Source of the DNA: the human T2T-CHM13v2.0 reference genome, Homo sapiens
Direction: 5' to 3' (one strand)
Length of the DNA: 64,000 nt
Assembly: GCF_009914755.1 (NCBI RefSeq)
Contig: NC_060929.1
This document shows positions 26,401 to 40,090 of the stretch, piece by piece. The first letter of the stretch is position 1. Each line of letters opens with the position of its first letter. The notes below the pieces were generated by a model. The model saw only the letters and a list, made by a program, of their open reading frames with translations, was not told the origin of the DNA and searched no databases. The translations under genes and the position numbers were made by a program.

Positions 26401-26840
26401 GTGCGTTCAACTCACAGAGTTTAACCTTTCTTTTCATAGAGCAGTTAGGAAACACTCTGCTTGTAAAGTCTGCAAGTGGATATTCAGCCCTCTTTGAGGC
26501 CTTCGTTGGAAACGGGTTTTTTTCATATAAGGCTAGACAGAAGAATTCCCAGTAACTTCCTTGTGTTGTGTGTGTTCAACTCACAGAGTTGAACTTTGAT
26601 TTACACAGAGCAGATTTGAAACACTCTTTTTGTGGAATTTGCAAGTGGAGATTTCAAGCGCTTTGAGGCCAAAGGCAGAAAAGGAAATATCTTCGTATAA
26701 AAACTAGACAGAATCATTCTCAGAAACTGCTCTGCGATGTGTGCGTTCAACTCTCAGAGTTTAACTTTTCTTTTCATTCAGCAGTTTGGAAACACTCTGT
26801 TTGTAAAGTCTGCACGTGGATATTTTGACCACTTAGAGGC
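23445..26840 (+). repeat. HOR unit 9, 20-mer with a 2-bp deletion in E3
   Basis: 3,396 bp; CTAGACAATG instead of CTAGACAGAATG at ~26372. Confidence 0.9.
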
Positions 26841-28199
26841 CTTCGTTGGAAACGGGTTTTTTTCCTGTAAGGCTAGACAGAAGAATTCCCAGTAACTTCC
26901 TTGTGTTGTGTACATTCAACTCACAGAGTTGAACGTTCCCTTAGACAGAGCAGATTTGAAACACTCTTTTTGTGCAATTGGCAAGTGGAGATTTCAAGCG
27001 CTTTAAGGTCAATGGCAGAAAAGGAAATATCTTCGTTTCAAAACTAGACAGAATCATTCCCACAAACTGCGTTGTGATGTGTTCGTTCATCTCACAGAGT
27101 TTAACCTTTCTTTTCATAGAGCAGTTAGGAAACACTCTGTTTGTAAATTCTGTAAGTGGATATTCTGACATCTTGTGGCCTTCGTTGGAAACGGGATTTC
27201 TTCATATTCTGCTAGACAGAAGAATTCTCAGAATCTTCCTTGTGTTGTGTGTATTCAACTCACACAGTTGAACGATGGTTTACACAGAGCAGATTTGAAA
27301 CACTCTTTTTGTGGAATTTGCAAGTGGAGATTTCAGCCGCTTTGAGGTCAATGGTAGAAAAGGAAATATCTTCGTATAAAAACTAGACAGAATGATTCTC
27401 AGAAACTTCTTTGTGATGTGTGCGTTCAACTCACAGAGTTTAACCTTTCTTTTCATAGAGCAGTTAGGAAACACTCTGTTTGTAAACTCTGCAAGTGGAT
27501 ATTCAGACCTCTTTGAGGCCTTCGTTGGAAACGGGATTTCTTCATACTGTGCTAGACAGAAGAATTCTCAGTAACTTCCTTGTGTTGTGTGTATTCAACT
27601 CACAGAGTTGAACGATCCTTTACACAGAGCAGACTTGTAACACTCTTTTTGTGGAATTTGCAAGTGGAGATTTCAGCCGCGTTGAGGTCAATGGTAGAAA
27701 AGGAAATATCTTCGTATAAAAACTAGACAGAATGATTCTCAGAAACTCCTTTGAGATGTGTGTGTTCAACTCACAGAGTTTAACCTTTCTTTTCATAGAG
27801 CAGTTAGGAATCACTCTGTTTGTAAAGTCTGCAAGTGGATATTCAGACCTCTTTGAGGCCTTCGTTGGAAACGGGTTTTTTTCATATAAGGCTAGACAGA
27901 AGAATTCCCAGTAACTTCCTTGTGTTGTGTGTGTTCAACTCACAGAGTTGAACTTTCATTTACACAGAGCAGATTTGAAACACTCTTTTTGTGGAATTTG
28001 CAAATGGAGATTTCAAGCGCTTTGAGGCCAAAGGCAGAAAAGGAAATATCTTCGTATAAAAACTAGACAGAATCATTCTCAGAAACTGCTCTGCGATGTG
28101 TGCGTTCAACTCTCAGAGTTTAACTTTTCTTTTCATTCAGCAGTTTGGAAACACTCTGTTTGTAAAGTCTGCACGTGGATATTTTGACCACTTAGAGGC
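26841..28199 (+). repeat. HOR unit 10, 8-mer (A B C D1/D4)
   Basis: 1,359 bp between A markers. Confidence 0.9.
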
Positions 28200-31100
28200 C
28201 TTCGTTGGAAACGGGTTTTTTTCCTGTAAGGCTAGACAGAAGAATTCCCAGTAACTTCCTTGTGTTGTGTACATTCAACTCACAGAGTTGAACGTTCCCT
28301 TAGACAGAGCAGATTTGAAACACTCTTTTTGTGCAATTGGCAAGTGGAGATTTCAAGCGCTTTAAGGTCAATGGCAGAAAAGGAAATATCTTCGTTTCAA
28401 AACTAGACAGAATCATTCCCACAAACTGCGTTGTGATGTGTTCGTTCATCTCACAGAGTTTAACCTTTCTTTTCATAGAGCAGTTAGGAAACACTCTGTT
28501 TGTAAATTCTGTAAGTGGATATTCTGACATCTTGTGGCCTTCGTTGGAAACGGGATTTCTTCATATTCTGCTAGACAGAAGAATTCTCAGAATCTTCCTT
28601 GTGTTGTGTGTATTCAACTCACACAGTTGAACGATGGTTTACACAGAGCAGATTTGAAACACTCTTTTTGTGGAATTTGCAAGTGGAGATTTCAGCCGCT
28701 TTGAGGTCAATGGTAGAAAAGGAAATATCTTCGTATAAAAACTAGACAGAATGATTCTCAGAAACTTCTTTGTGATGTGTGCGTTCAACTCACAGAGTTT
28801 AACCTTTCTTTTCATAGAGCAGTTAGGAAACACTCTGTTTGTAAACTCTGCAAGTGGATATTCAGACCTCTTTGAGGCCTTCGTTGGAAACGGGATTTCT
28901 TCATACTGTGCTAGACAGAAGAATTCTCAGTAACTTCCTTGTGTTGTGTGTATTCAACTCACAGAGTTGAACGATCCTTTACACAGAGCAGACTTGAAAC
29001 ACTCTTTTTGTGGAATTTGCAAGTGGAGATTTCAGCCGCTTTGAGGTCAATGGTAGAAAAGGAAATATCTTCGTATAAAAACTAGACAGAATGATTCTCA
29101 GAAACTTCTTTGTGATGTGTGCGTTCAACTCACAGAGTTTAACCTTTCTTTTCATAGAGCAGTTAGGAAACACTCTGTTTGTAAACTCTGCAAGTGGATA
29201 TTCAGACCTCTTTGAGGCCTTCGTTGGAAACGGGATTTCTTCATACTGTGCTAGACAGAAGAATTCTCAGTAACTTCCTTGTGTTGTGTGTATTCAACTC
29301 ACAGAGTTGAACGATCCTTTACACAGAGCAGACTTGTAACACTCTTTTTGTGGAATTTGCAAGTGGAGATTTCAGCCGCGTTGAGGTCAATGGTAGAAAA
29401 GGAAATATCTTCGTATAAAAACTAGACAGAATGATTCTCAGAAACTCCTTTGAGATGTGTGTGTTCAACTCACAGAGTTTAACCTTTCTTTTCATAGAGC
29501 AGTTAGGAATCACTCTGTTTGTAAAGTCTGCAAGTGGATATTCAGACCTCTTTGAGGCCTTCGTTGGAAACGGGTTTTTTTCATATAAGGCTAGACAGAA
29601 GAATTCCCAGTAACTTCCTTGTGTTGTGTGTGTTCAACTCACAGAGTTGAACTTTCATTTACACAGAGCAGATTTGAAACACTCTTTTTGTGGAATTTGC
29701 AAATGGAGATTTCAAGCGCTTTGAGGCCAAAGGCAGAAAAGGAAATATCTTCGTATAAAAACTAGACAGAATCATTCTCAGAAACTGCTCTGCGATGTGT
29801 GCGTTCAACTCTCAGAGTTTAACTTTGCTTTTCATTCAGCAGTTTGGAAACACTCTGTTTGTAAAGTCTGCACGTGGATAATTTGACCACTTAGAGGCCT
29901 TCGTTGGAAACGGGTTTTTTTCATGTAAGGCTAGACAGAAGAATTCTCAGTAACTTCCTTGTGTTGTGTGTATTCAACTCACAGAGTTGAACGATCCTTT
30001 ACACAGAGCAGACTTGTAACACTCTTTTTGTGGAATTTGCAAGTGGAGATTTCAGCCGCTTTGAAGTCAAAGGTAGAAAAGGAAATATCTTCCTATAAAA
30101 ACTACACAGAATGATTCTCAGAAACTCCTTTGTGATGTGTGCGTTCAACTCACAGAGTTTAAACTTTCTTTTCATAGAGGAGTTAGGAAACACTCTGTTT
30201 GTAAAGTCTGCAAGTGGATATTCAGACCTCTTTGAGGCCTTCGTTGGAAACGGGTTTTTTTCATATAAGGCTAGACAGAAGAATTCCCAGTAACTTCCTT
30301 GTGTTGTGTGTGTTCAACTCACAGAGTTGAACTTTCATTTACACAGAGCAGATTTGAAACACTCTTTTTGTGGAATTTGCAAGTGGAGATTTCAAGCGCT
30401 TTGAGGCCAAAGGCAGAAAAGGAAATATCTTCGTATAAAAACTAGACAGAATCATTCTCAGAAACTGCTCTGTGATGTGTGCGTTCAACTCTCAGAGTTT
30501 AACTTTTCTTTTCATTCAGCAGTTTGGAAACACTCTGTTTGTAAAGTCTGCACGTGGATAATTTGACCACTTAGAGGCCTTCGTTGGAAACGGGTTTTTT
30601 TCATGTAAGGCTAGACAGAAGAGTTCTCAGTAACTTCCTTGTGTTGTGTGTATTCAACTCACACAGTTGAACGATCCTTTACACAGAGCAGACTTGTAAC
30701 ACTCTTTTTGTGGAATTTGCAAGTGGAGATTTCAGCCGCTTTGAAGTCAAAGTAGAAAAGGAAATATCTTCCTATAAAAACTAGACAGAATGATTCTCAG
30801 AAACTCCTTTGTGATGTGTGCGTTCAACTCACAGAGTTTAACCTTTCTTTTCATAGAGCAGTTAGGAAACACTCTGTTTGTAAAGTCTGCAAGTGGATAT
30901 TCAGACCTCTTTGAGGCCTTCGTTGGAAACGGGTTTTTTTCATATAAGGCTAGACAGAAGAATTCCCAGTAACTTCCTTGTGTTGTGTGTGTTCAACTCA
31001 CAGAGTTGAACTTTCATTTACACAGAGCAGATTTGAAACACTCTTTTTGTGGAATTTGCAGGTGGAGATTTCAAGCGCTTTGAGGCCAAAGGCAGAAAAG

Positions 31101-31937
31101 GAAATATCTTCGTATAAAAACTAGACAGAATCATTCTCAGAAACTGCTCTGCGATGTGTGCGTTCAACTCTCAGAGTTTAACTTTTCTTTTCATTCAGCA
31201 GTTTGGAAACACTCTGTTTGTAAAGTCTGCACGTGGATAATTTGACCACTTAGAGGCCTTCGTTGGAAACGGGTTTTTTTCATGTAAGGCTAGACAGAAG
31301 AATTCTCAGTAACTTCCTTGTGTTGTGTGTATTCAACTCACAGAGTTGAACGATCCTTTACACAGAGCAGACTTGTAACACTCTTTTTGTGGAATTTGCA
31401 AGTGGAGATTTCAGCCGCTTTGAAGTCAAAGGTAGAAAAGGAAATATCTTCCTATAAAAACTAGACAGAATGATTCTCAGAAACTCCTTTGTGATGTGTG
31501 CGTTCAACTCACAGAGTTTAACCTTTCTTTTCATAGAGCAGTTAGGAAACACTCTGCTTGTAAAGTCTGCAAGTGGATATTCAGCCCTCTTTGAGGCCTT
31601 CGTTGGAAACGGGTTTTTTTCATATAAGGCTAGACAGAAGAATTCCCAGTAACTTCCTTGTGTTGTGTGTGTTCAACTCACAGAGTTGAACTTTGATTTA
31701 CACAGAGCAGATTTGAAACACTCTTTTTGTGGAATTTGCAAGTGGAGATTTCAAGCGCTTTGAGGCCAAAGGCAGAAAAGGAAATATCTTCGTATAAAAA
31801 CTAGACAGAATCATTCTCAGAAACTGCTCTGCGATGTGTGCGTTCAACTCTCAGAGTTTAACTTTTCTTTTCATTCAGCAGTTTGGAAACACTCTGTTTG
31901 TAAAGTCTGCACGTGGATATTTTGACCACTTAGAGGC
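28200..31937 (+). repeat. HOR unit 11, 22-mer (20-mer plus an extra C/B hybrid dimer at 28879-29218)
   Basis: 3,738 bp = 3,398 + 340; the B-type ORF repeats at 28751 and 29091. Confidence 0.9.
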
Positions 31938-33296
31938 CTTCGTTGGAAACGGGTTTTTTTCCTGTAAGGCTAGACAGAAGAATTCCCAGTAACTTCCTTG
32001 TGTTGTGTACATTCAACTCACAGAGTTGAACGTTCCCTTAGACAGAGCAGATTTGAAACACTCTTTTTGTGCAATTGGCAAGTGGAGATTTCAAGCGCTT
32101 TAAGGTCAATGGCAGAAAAGGAAATATCTTCGTTTCAAAACTAGACAGAATCATTCCCACAAACTGCGTTGTGATGTGTTCGTTCATCTCACAGAGTTTA
32201 ACCTTTCTTTTCATAGAGCAGTTAGGAAACACTCTGTTTGTAAATTCTGTAAGTGGATATTCTGACATCTTGTGGCCTTCGTTGGAAACGGGATTTCTTC
32301 ATATTCTGCTAGACAGAAGAATTCTCAGAATCTTCCTTGTGTTGTGTGTATTCAACTCACACAGTTGAACGATGGTTTACACAGAGCAGATTTGAAACAC
32401 TCTTTTTGTGGAATTTGCAAGTGGAGATTTCAGCCGCTTTGAGGTCAATGGTAGAAAAGGAAATATCTTCGTATAAAAACTAGACAGAATGATTCTCAGA
32501 AACTTCTTTGTGATGTGTGCGTTCAACTCACAGAGTTTAACCTTTCTTTTCATAGAGCAGTTAGGAAACACTCTGTTTGTAAACTCTGCAAGTGGATATT
32601 CAGACCTCTTTGAGGCCTTCGTTGGAAACGGGATTTCTTCATACTGTGCTAGACAGAAGAATTCTCAGTAACTTCCTTGTGTTGTGTGTATTCAACTCAC
32701 AGAGTTGAACGATCCTTTACACAGAGCAGACTTATAACACTCTTTTTGTGGAATTTGCAAGTGGAGATTTCAGCCGCGTTGAGGTCAATGGTAGAAAAGG
32801 AAATATCTTCGTATAAAAACTAGACAGAATGATTCTCAGAAACTCCTTTGAGATGTGTGTGTTCAACTCACAGAGTTTAACCTTTCTTTTCATAGAGCAG
32901 TTAGGAATCACTCTGTTTGTAAAGTCTGCAAGTGGATATTCAGACCTCTTTGAGGCCTTCGTTGGAAACGGGTTTTTTTCATATAAGGCTAGACAGAAGA
33001 ATTCCCAGTAACTTCCTTGTGTTGTGTGTGTTCAACTCACAGAGTTGAACTTTCATTTACACAGAGCAGATTTGAAACACTCTTTTTGTGGAATTTGCAA
33101 ATGGAGATTTCAAGCGCTTTGAGGCCAAAGGCAGAAAAGGAAATATCTTCGTATAAAAACTAGACAGAATCATTCTCAGAAACTGCTCTGCGATGTGTGC
33201 GTTCAACTCTCAGAGTTTAACTTTTCTTTTCATTCAGCAGTTTGGAAACACTCTGTTTGTAAAGTCTGCACGTGGATATTTTGACCACTTAGAGGC
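31938..33296 (+). repeat. HOR unit 12, 8-mer (TTATAA subtype)
   Basis: 1,359 bp; GACTTATAAC at 32734. Confidence 0.9.
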
Positions 33297-36200
33297 CTTC
33301 GTTGGAAACGGGTTTTTTTCCTGTAAGGCTAGACAGAAGAATTCCCAGTAACTTCCTTGTGTTGTGTACATTCAACTCACAGAGTTGAACGTTCCCTTAG
33401 ACAGAGCAGATTTGAAACACTCTTTTTGTGCAATTGGCAAGTGGAGATTTCAAGCGCTTTAAGGTCAATGGCAGAAAAGGAAATATCTTCGTTTCAAAAC
33501 TAGACAGAATCATTCCCACAAACTGCGTTGTGATGTGTTCGTTCATCTCACAGAGTTTAACCTTTCTTTTCATAGAGCAGTTAGGAAACACTCTGTTTGT
33601 AAATTCTGTAAGTGGATATTCTGACATCTTGTGGCCTTCGTTGGAAACGGGATTTCTTCATATTCTGCTAGACAGAAGAATTCTCAGAATCTTCCTTGTG
33701 TTGTGTGTATTCAACTCACACAGTTGAACGATGGTTTACACAGAGCAGATTTGAAACACTCTTTTTGTGGAATTTGCAAGTGGAGATTTCAGCCGCTTTG
33801 AGGTCAATGGTAGAAAAGGAAATATCTTCGTATAAAAACTAGACAGAATGATTCTCAGAAACTTCTTTGTGATGTGTGCGTTCAACTCACAGAGTTTAAC
33901 CTTTCTTTTCATAGAGCAGTTAGGAAACACTCTGTTTGTAAACTCTGCAAGTGGATATTCAGACCTCTTTGAGGCCTTCGTTGGAAACGGGATTTCTTCA
34001 TACTGTGCTAGACAGAAGAATTCTCAGTAACTTCCTTGTGTTGTGTGTATTCAACTCACAGAGTTGAACGATCCTTTACACAGAGCAGACTTGAAACACT
34101 CTTTTTGTGGAATTTGCAAGTGGAGATTTCAGCCGCGTTGAGGTCAATGGTAGAAAAGGAAATATCTTCGTATAAAAACTAGACAGAATGATTCTCAGAA
34201 ACTCCTTTGAGATGTGTGTGTTCAACTCACAGAGTTTAACCTTTCTTTTCATAGAGCAGTTAGGAATCACTCTGTTTGTAAAGTCTGCAAGTGGATATTC
34301 AGACCTCTTTGAGGCCTTCGTTGGAAACGGGTTTTTTTCATATAAGGCTAGACAGAAGAATTCCCAGTAACTTCCTTGTGTTGTGTGTGTTCAACTCACA
34401 GAGTTGAACTTTCATTTACACAGAGCAGATTTGAAACACTCTTTTTGTGGAATTTGCAAATGGAGATTTCAAGCGCTTTGAGGCCAAAGGCAGAAAAGGA
34501 AATATCTTCGTATAAAAACTAGACAGAATCATTCTCAGAAACTGCTCTGCGATGTGTGCGTTCAACTCTCAGAGTTTAACTTTGCTTTTCATTCAGCAGT
34601 TTGGAAACACTCTGTTTGTAAAGTCTGCACGTGGATAACTTGACCACTTAGAGGCCTTCGTTGGAAACGGGTTTTTTTCATGTAAGGCTAGACAGAAGAA
34701 TTCTCAGTAACTTCCTTGTGTTGTGTGTATTCAACTCACAGAGTTGAACGATCCTTTACACAGAGCAGACTTGTAACACTCTTTTTGTGGAATTTGCAAG
34801 TGGAGATTTCAGCCGCTTTGAAGTCAAAGGTAGAAAAGGAAATATCTTCCTATAAAAACTACACAGAATGATTCTCAGAAACTCCTTTGTGATGTGTGCG
34901 TTCAACTCACAGAGTTTAACCTTTCTTTTCATAGAGGAGTTAGGAAACACTCTGTTTGTAAAGTCTGCAAGTGGATATTCAGACCTCTTTGAGGCCTTCG
35001 TTGGAAACGGGTTTTTTTCATATAAGGCTAGACAGAAGAATTCCCAGTAACTTCCTTGTGTTGTGTGTGTTCAACTCACAGAGTTGAACTTTCATTTACA
35101 CAGAGCAGATTTGAAACACTCTTTTTGTGGAATTTGCAAGTGGAGATTTCAAGCGCTTTGAGGCCAAAGGCAGAAAAGGAAATATCTTCGTATAAAAACT
35201 AGACAGAATCATTCTCAGAAACTGCTCTGTGATGTGTGCGTTCAACTCTCAGAGTTTAACTTTTCTTTTCATTCAGCAGTTTGGAAACACTCTGTTTGTA
35301 AAGTCTGCACGTGGATAATTTGACCACTTAGAGGCCTTCGTTGGAAACGGGTTTTTTTCATGTAAGGCTAGACAGAAGAGTTCTCAGTAACTTCCTTGTG
35401 TTGTGTGTATTCAACTCACACAGTTGAACGATCCTTTACACAGAGCAGACTTGTAACACTCTTTTTGTGGAATTTGCAAGTGGAGATTTCAGCCGCTTTG
35501 AAGTCAAAGTAGAAAAGGAAATATCTTCCTATAAAAACTAGACAGAATGATTCTCAGAAACTCCTTTGTGATGTGTGCGTTCAACTCACAGAGTTTAACC
35601 TTTCTTTTCATAGAGCAGTTAGGAAACACTCTGTTTGTAAAGTCTGCAAGTGGATATTCAGACCTCTTTGAGGCCTTCGTTGGAAACGGGTTTTTTTCAT
35701 ATAAGGCTAGACAGAAGAATTCCCAGTAACTTCCTTGTGTTGTGTGTGTTCAACTCACAGAGTTGAACTTTCATTTACACAGAGCAGATTTGAAACACTC
35801 TTTTTGTGGAATTTGCAGGTGGAGATTTCAAGCGCTTTGAGGCCAAAGGCAGAAAAGGAAATATCTTCGTATAAAAACTAGACAGAATCATTCTCAGAAA
35901 CTGCTCTGCGATGTGTGCGTTCAACTCTCAGAGTTTAACTTTGCTTTTCATTCAGCAGTTTGGAAACACTCTGTTTGTAAAGTCTGCACGTGGATAATTT
36001 GACCACTTAGAGGCCTTCGTTGGAAACGGGTTTTTTTCATGTAAGGCTAGACAGAAGAATTCTCAGTAACTTCCTTGTGTTGTGTGTATTCAACTCACAC
36101 GGTTGAACGATCCTTTACACAGAGCAGACTTGTAACACTCTTTTTGTGGAATTTGCAAGTGGAGATTTCAGCCGCTTTGAAGTCAAAGGTAGAAAAGGAA

Positions 36201-36694
36201 ATATCTTCCTATAAAAACTAGACAGAATGATTCTCAGAAACTCCTTTGTGATGTGTGCGTTCAACTCACAGAGTTTAACCTTTCTTTTCATAGAGCAGTT
36301 AGGAAACACTCTGCTTGTAAAGTCTGCAAGTGGATATTCAGCCCTCTTTGAGGCCTTCGTTGGAAACGGGTTTTTTTCATATAAGGCTAGACAGAAGAAT
36401 TCCCAGTAACTTCCTTGTGTTGTGTGTGTTCAACTCACAGAGTTGAACTTTGATTTACACAGAGCAGATTTGAAACACTCTTTTTGTGGAATTTGCAAGT
36501 GGAGATTTCAAGCGCTTTGAGGCCAAAGGCAGAAAAGGAAATATCTTCGTATAAAAACTAGACAGAATCATTCTCAGAAACTGCTCTGCGATGTGTGCGT
36601 TCAACTCTCAGAGTTTAACTTTTCTTTTCATTCAGCAGTTTGGAAACACTCTGTTTGTAAAGTCTGCACGTGGATATTTTGACCACTTAGAGGC
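33297..36694 (+). repeat. HOR unit 13, 20-mer
   Basis: 3,398 bp between A markers. Confidence 0.9.
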
Positions 36695-39600
36695 CTTCGT
36701 TGGAAACGGGTTTTTTTCCTGTAAGGCTAGACAGAAGAATTCCCAGTAACTTCCTTGTGTTGTGTACATTCAACTCACAGAGTTGAACGTTCCCTTAGAC
36801 AGAGCAGATTTGAAACACTCTTTTTGTGCAATTGGCAAGTGGAGATTTCAAGCGCTTTAAGGTCAATGGCAGAAAAGGAAATATCTTCGTTTCAAAACTA
36901 GACAGAATCATTCCCACAAACTGCGTTGTGATGTGTTCGTTCATCTCACAGAGTTTAACCTTTCTTTTCATAGAGCAGTTAGGAAACACTCTGTTTGTAA
37001 ATTCTGTAAGTGGATATTCTGACATCTTGTGGCCTTCGTTGGAAACGGGATTTCTTCATATTCTGCTAGACAGAAGAATTCTCAGAATCTTCCTTGTGTT
37101 GTGTGTATTCAACTCACACAGTTGAACGATGGTTTACACAGAGCAGATTTGAAACACTCTTTTTGTGGAATTTGCAAGTGGAGATTTCAGCCACTTTGAG
37201 GTCAATGGTAGAAAAGGAAATATCTTCGTATAAAAACTAGACAGAATGATTCTCAGAAACTTCTTCGTGATGTGTGCGTTCAACTCACAGAGTTTAACCT
37301 TTCTTTTCATAGAGCAGTTAGGAAACACTCTGTTTGTAAACTCTGCAAGTGGATATTCAGACCTCTTTGAGGCCTTCGTTGGAAACGGGATTTCTTCATA
37401 CTGTGCTAGACAGAAGAATTCTCAGTAACTTCCTTGTGTTGTGTGTATTCAACTCACAGAGTTGAACGATCCTTTACACAGAGCAGACTTGAAACACTCT
37501 TTTTGTGGAATTTGCAAGTGGCGATTTCAGCCGCGTTGAGGTCAATGGTAGAAAAGGAAATATCTTCGTATAAAAACTAGACAGAATGATTCTCAGAAAC
37601 TCCTTTGAGATGTGTGTGTTCAACTCACAGAGTTTAACCTTTCTTTTCATAGAGCAGTTAGGAATCACTCTGTTTGTAAAGTCTGCAAGTGGATATTCAG
37701 ACCTCTTTGAGGCCTTCGTTGGAAACGGGTTTTTTTCATATAAGGCTAGACAGAAGAATTCCCAGTAACTTCCTTGTGTTGTGTGTGTTCAACTCACAGA
37801 GTTGAACTTTCATTTACACAGAGCAGATTTGAAACACTCTTTTTGTGGAATTTGCAAATGGAGATTTCAAGCGCTTTGAGGCCAAAGGCAGAAAAGGAAA
37901 TATCTTCGTATAAAAACTAGACAGAATCATTCTCAGAAACTGCTCTGCGATGTGTGCGTTCAACTCTCAGAGTTTAACTTCGCTTTTCATTCAGCAGTTT
38001 GGAAACACTCTGTTTGTAAAGTCTGCACGTGGATAATTTGACCACTTAGAGGCCTTCGTTGGAAACGGGTTTTTTTCATGTAAGGCTAGACAGAAGAATT
38101 CTCAGTAACTTCCTTGTGTTGTGTGTATTCAACTCACAGAGTTGAACGATCCTTTACACAGAGCAGACTTGTAACACTCTTTTTGTGGAATTTGCAAGTG
38201 GAGATTTCAGCCGCTTTGAAGTCAAAGGTAGAAAAGGAAATATCTTCCTATAAAAACTACACAGAATGATTCTCAGAAACTCCTTTGTGATGTGTGCGTT
38301 CAACTCACAGAGTTTAACCTTTCTTTTCATAGAGGAGTTAGGAAACACTCTGTTTGTAAAGTCTGCAAGTGGATATTCAGACCTCTTTGAGGCCTTCGTT
38401 GGAAACGGGTTTTTTTCATATAAGGCTAGACAGAAGAATTCCCAGTAACTTCCTTGTGTTGTGTGTGTTCAACTCACAGAGTTGAACTTTCATTTACACA
38501 GAGCAGATTTGAAACACTCTTTTTGTGGAATTTGCAAGTGGAGATTTCAAGCGCTTTGAGGCCAAAGGCAGAAAAGGAAATATCTTCGTATAAAAACTAG
38601 ACAGAATCATTCTCAGAAACTGCTCTGTGATGTGTGCGTTCAACTCTCAGAGTTTAACTTTTCTTTTCATTCAGCAGTTTGGAAACACTCTGTTTGTAAA
38701 GTCTGCACGTGGATAATTTGACCACTTAGAGGCCTTCATTGGAAACGGGTTTTTTTCATGTAAGGCTAGACAGAAGAGTTCTCAGTAACTTCCTTGTGTT
38801 GTGTGTATTCAACTCACACAGTTGAACGATCCTTTACACAGAGCAGACTTGTAACACTCTTTTTGTGGAATTTGCAAGTGGAGATTTCAGCCGCTTTGAA
38901 GTCAAAGTAGAAAAGGAAATATCTTCCTATAAAAACTAGACAGAATGATTCTCAGAAACTCCTTTGTGATGTGTGCGTTCAACTCACAGAGTTTAACCTT
39001 TCTTTTCATAGAGCAGTTAGGAAACACTCTGTTTGTAAAGTCTGCAAGTGGATATTCAGACCTCTTTGAGGCCTTCGTTGGAAACGGGTTTTTTTCATAT
39101 AAGGCTAGACAGAAGAATTCCCAGTAACTTCCTTGTGTTGTGTGTGTTCAACTCACAGAGTTGAACTTTCATTTACACAGAGCAGATTTGAAACACTCTT
39201 TTTGTGGAATTTGCAGGTGGAGATTTCAAGCGCTTTGAGGCCAAAGGCAGAAAAGGAAATATCTTCGTATAAAAACTAGACAGAATCATTCTCAGAAACT
39301 GCTCTGCGATGTGTGCGTTCAACTCTCAGAGTTTAACTTTGCTTTTCATTCAGCAGTTTGGAAACACTCTGTTTGTAAAGTCTGCACGTGGATAATTTGA
39401 CCACTTAGAGGCCTTCGTTGGAAACGGGTTTTTTTCATGTAAGGCTAGACAGAAGAATTCTCAGTAACTTCCTTGTGTTGTGTGTATTCAACTCACAGAG
39501 TTGAACGATCCTTTACACAGAGCAGACTTGTAACACTCTTTTTGTGGAATTTGCAAGTGGAGATTTCAGCCGCTTTGAAGTCAAAGGTAGAAAAGGAAAT

Positions 39601-40090
39601 ATCTTTCTATAAAAACTAGACAATGATTCTCAGAAACTCCTTTGTGATGTGTGCGTTCAACTCACAGAGTTTAACCTTTCTTTTCATAGAGCAGTTAGGA
39701 AACACTCTGCTTGTAAAGTCTGCAAGTGGATATTCAGCCCTCTTTGAGGCCTTCGTTGGAAACGGGTTTTTTTCATATAAGGCTAGACAGAAGAATTCCC
39801 AGTAACTTCCTTGTGTTGTGTGTGTTCAACTCACAGAGTTGAACTTTGATTTACACAGAGCAGATTTGAAACACTCTTTTTGTGGAATTTGCAAGTGGAG
39901 ATTTCAAGCGCTTTGAGGCCAAAGGCAGAAAAGGAAATATCTTCGTATAAAAACTAGACAGAATCATTCTCAGAAACTGCTCTGCGATGTGTGCGTTCAA
40001 CTCTCAGAGTTTAACTTTTCTTTTCATTCAGCAGTTTGGAAACACTCTGTTTGTAAAGTCTGCACGTGGATATTTTGACCACTTAGAGGC
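36695..40090 (+). repeat. HOR unit 14, 20-mer, near-identical to unit 9
   Basis: 3,396 bp; carries the same rare variants as unit 9 at offset 13,250. Confidence 0.92.
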
